Position numbers and translations under genes: made by a program. From assembly GCA_004022145.1 (NCBI GenBank), contig RCNU01000001.1: a DNA stretch of 64,000 nucleotides. One strand, 5' to 3'. The stretch's first letter is position 1. The number at the start of each line of letters is the position of its first letter. Shown here one piece after another: positions 62,848 through 64,000 of the stretch. The notes below the pieces were generated by a model, which worked only from the letters and a program-made list of their open reading frames with translations, searched no databases and was not told the DNA's origin. Origin of the DNA: Paecilomyces variotii. Its lineage: Eukaryota.

Positions 62848-64000
62848 CTATTGTCTCTTCTTCTTGATCTCTTCGTCCGATGCTTTTGGGCTTAGTTTCG
62901 AGCTCTGTGCAATCAGTTTCCACGTGCACCAGAGGTAGGCAATACCGAAACCACTGGCACCGATCAAAACATTCAGCACCACCCACAAGTCAGGCTTTTC
63001 GGGCGGAGGTGTGACAAAGGCTTCAAGGATATGCCAAGCAATCATGGCAGAGTAGAAGGAGAAGTGTAGGAGTTTTGTGATGATATGGAGGTTGGCACGG
63101 GGCGTTGCAGCGTTGGTTTGAGGGTGGTTGCGGAAGATATCTAGCGAAGTGGGTGGCAGACCCAGCAGATATGCCCAGAGGAGAGTGATGACAAAGTACG
63201 GGATGCGCAATTGTTCCCGCTTAAGTAGAGGGAACATAGTCCACGCCCCAAGACAGTTCGCCCAGCCAACCCAGGCCCGAGTCTCCTTGCTGAGACCACC
63301 TTCACCTCCAAGCAACAAGGTCATCGGGAGAAGCGGTAGCAGCACGCTCTTCTCGTGCACTTGGAAGGAGAATAGGAAGAAACCCCACGCACAGCTGGAA
63401 AGCGCTGGAAGGAGAAGCGAGGGTCGAGGATGGCGCAGAATAATAACACAAGGGATGAAGATGGAGGCTGACGTGGCACCGAGAGAGACCTTCTGGAGGA
63501 CTGTGGTAGGGAAGCGGTTGAGTTTGTAAAAGGTGTGGACTGCACACCAGGCGTTGGCGACTTTGTCTTCAAAGAGACCTCGAGCGAAGGGAAAGATGCG
63601 ATGAACTGCTTGAGCAAGCTGGAAAAGCGGAGGATAGATCCACGAATCCTCGTCCAGTGACTGCAAAAACGAGGGCACAGGTGCGGCAATTGGGATTCCA
63701 CGATGCTTATCATAAAGGGCACCAGCGATTAGCGGCGCGAATATGATGAGAAAAGTAGCCAGAGTGACCACCGCAATAGAGATGAGCCGCACGATCCTGA
63801 TCCGGGGGAATATGCAGGATCCCAACAAAAAGCAAAACATGATTGGCGCATAGTAGAGTGCCATCTGTTTAAAAGTAAGTGCGCCTACAAAGAAAATGCA
63901 TGCCCACAGAGAGCGTCCGGCAAGGATACTTGACAGACTGGCAACCACCAGTCCCAACATGACGGTGTTATATTGGAAATGACCGTGGTCAATCAGAATG
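62848..64000 (-). CDS. ALG6: Dol-P-Glc:Man9GlcNAc2-PP-Dol alpha-1,3-glucosyltransferase (5' end beyond window)
   Basis: LIDHGHFQYN, FKQMALYYA, RIFPFARGLFEDKVAN, FSFQVHEKS motifs; basic C-terminus. Confidence 0.93.
   Translation of the reverse strand, partial: ILIDHGHFQYNTVMLGLVVASLSSILAGRSLWACIFFVGALTFKQMALYYAPIMFCFLLGSCIFPRIRIVRLISIAVVTLATFLIIFAPLIAGALYDKHRGIPIAAPVPSFLQSLDEDSWIYPPLFQLAQAVHRIFPFARGLFEDKVANAWCAVHTFYKLNRFPTTVLQKVSLGATSASIFIPCVIILRHPRPSLLLPALSSCAWGFFLFSFQVHEKSVLLPLLPMTLLLGGEGGLSKETRAWVGWANCLGAWTMFPLLKREQLRIPYFVITLLWAYLLGLPPTSLDIFRNHPQTNAATPRANLHIITKLLHFSFYSAMIAWHILEAFVTPPPEKPDLWVVLNVLIGASGFGIAYLWCTWKLIAQSSKLSPKASDEEIKKKRQ

Overview
Fungal (Pezizomycotina, most likely Eurotiales, Aspergillus/Paecilomyces-like) chromosomal window with short GT-AG introns and CTRAY branch sites. 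Left to right it holds: a small single-pass membrane protein, an unusual interrupted tRNA-Pro gene, SED5, a large low-complexity Fyv8-like gene (possibly spliced to the next ORF), an ABC1/ADCK kinase, an accessory metabolic block (ketopantoate reductase family, cupin, secreted protein, HSL-family esterase, MBL-fold hydrolase, DHA1 MFS transporter, Cys-rich type I membrane protein, 5-oxoprolinase), PMA1, a ~14 kb gene-free region, a Zn2Cys6 transcription factor, tRNA-Gly(GCC), an NTF2/SnoaL-like protein, TFIIS, RanGAP, COX17 and a partial ALG6. The stand-out observation is the tRNA at 2194-2486. It has a well-formed tRNA-Pro body but no Pro anticodon in place. The anticodon (TGG+G37) sits as a 4-nt micro-exon directly behind a 71-nt segment with full spliceosomal intron signals (GTATGT...ACTAAT...TAG), followed by a 150-nt intron at the canonical 37/38 position. 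Removing both gives an exact 72-nt tRNA-Pro(UGG). Also notable are a dense cluster of PacC-type GCCAAG sites and TACGGAGTA motifs 6-9 kb upstream of PMA1. All calls were made by eye, without database searches.
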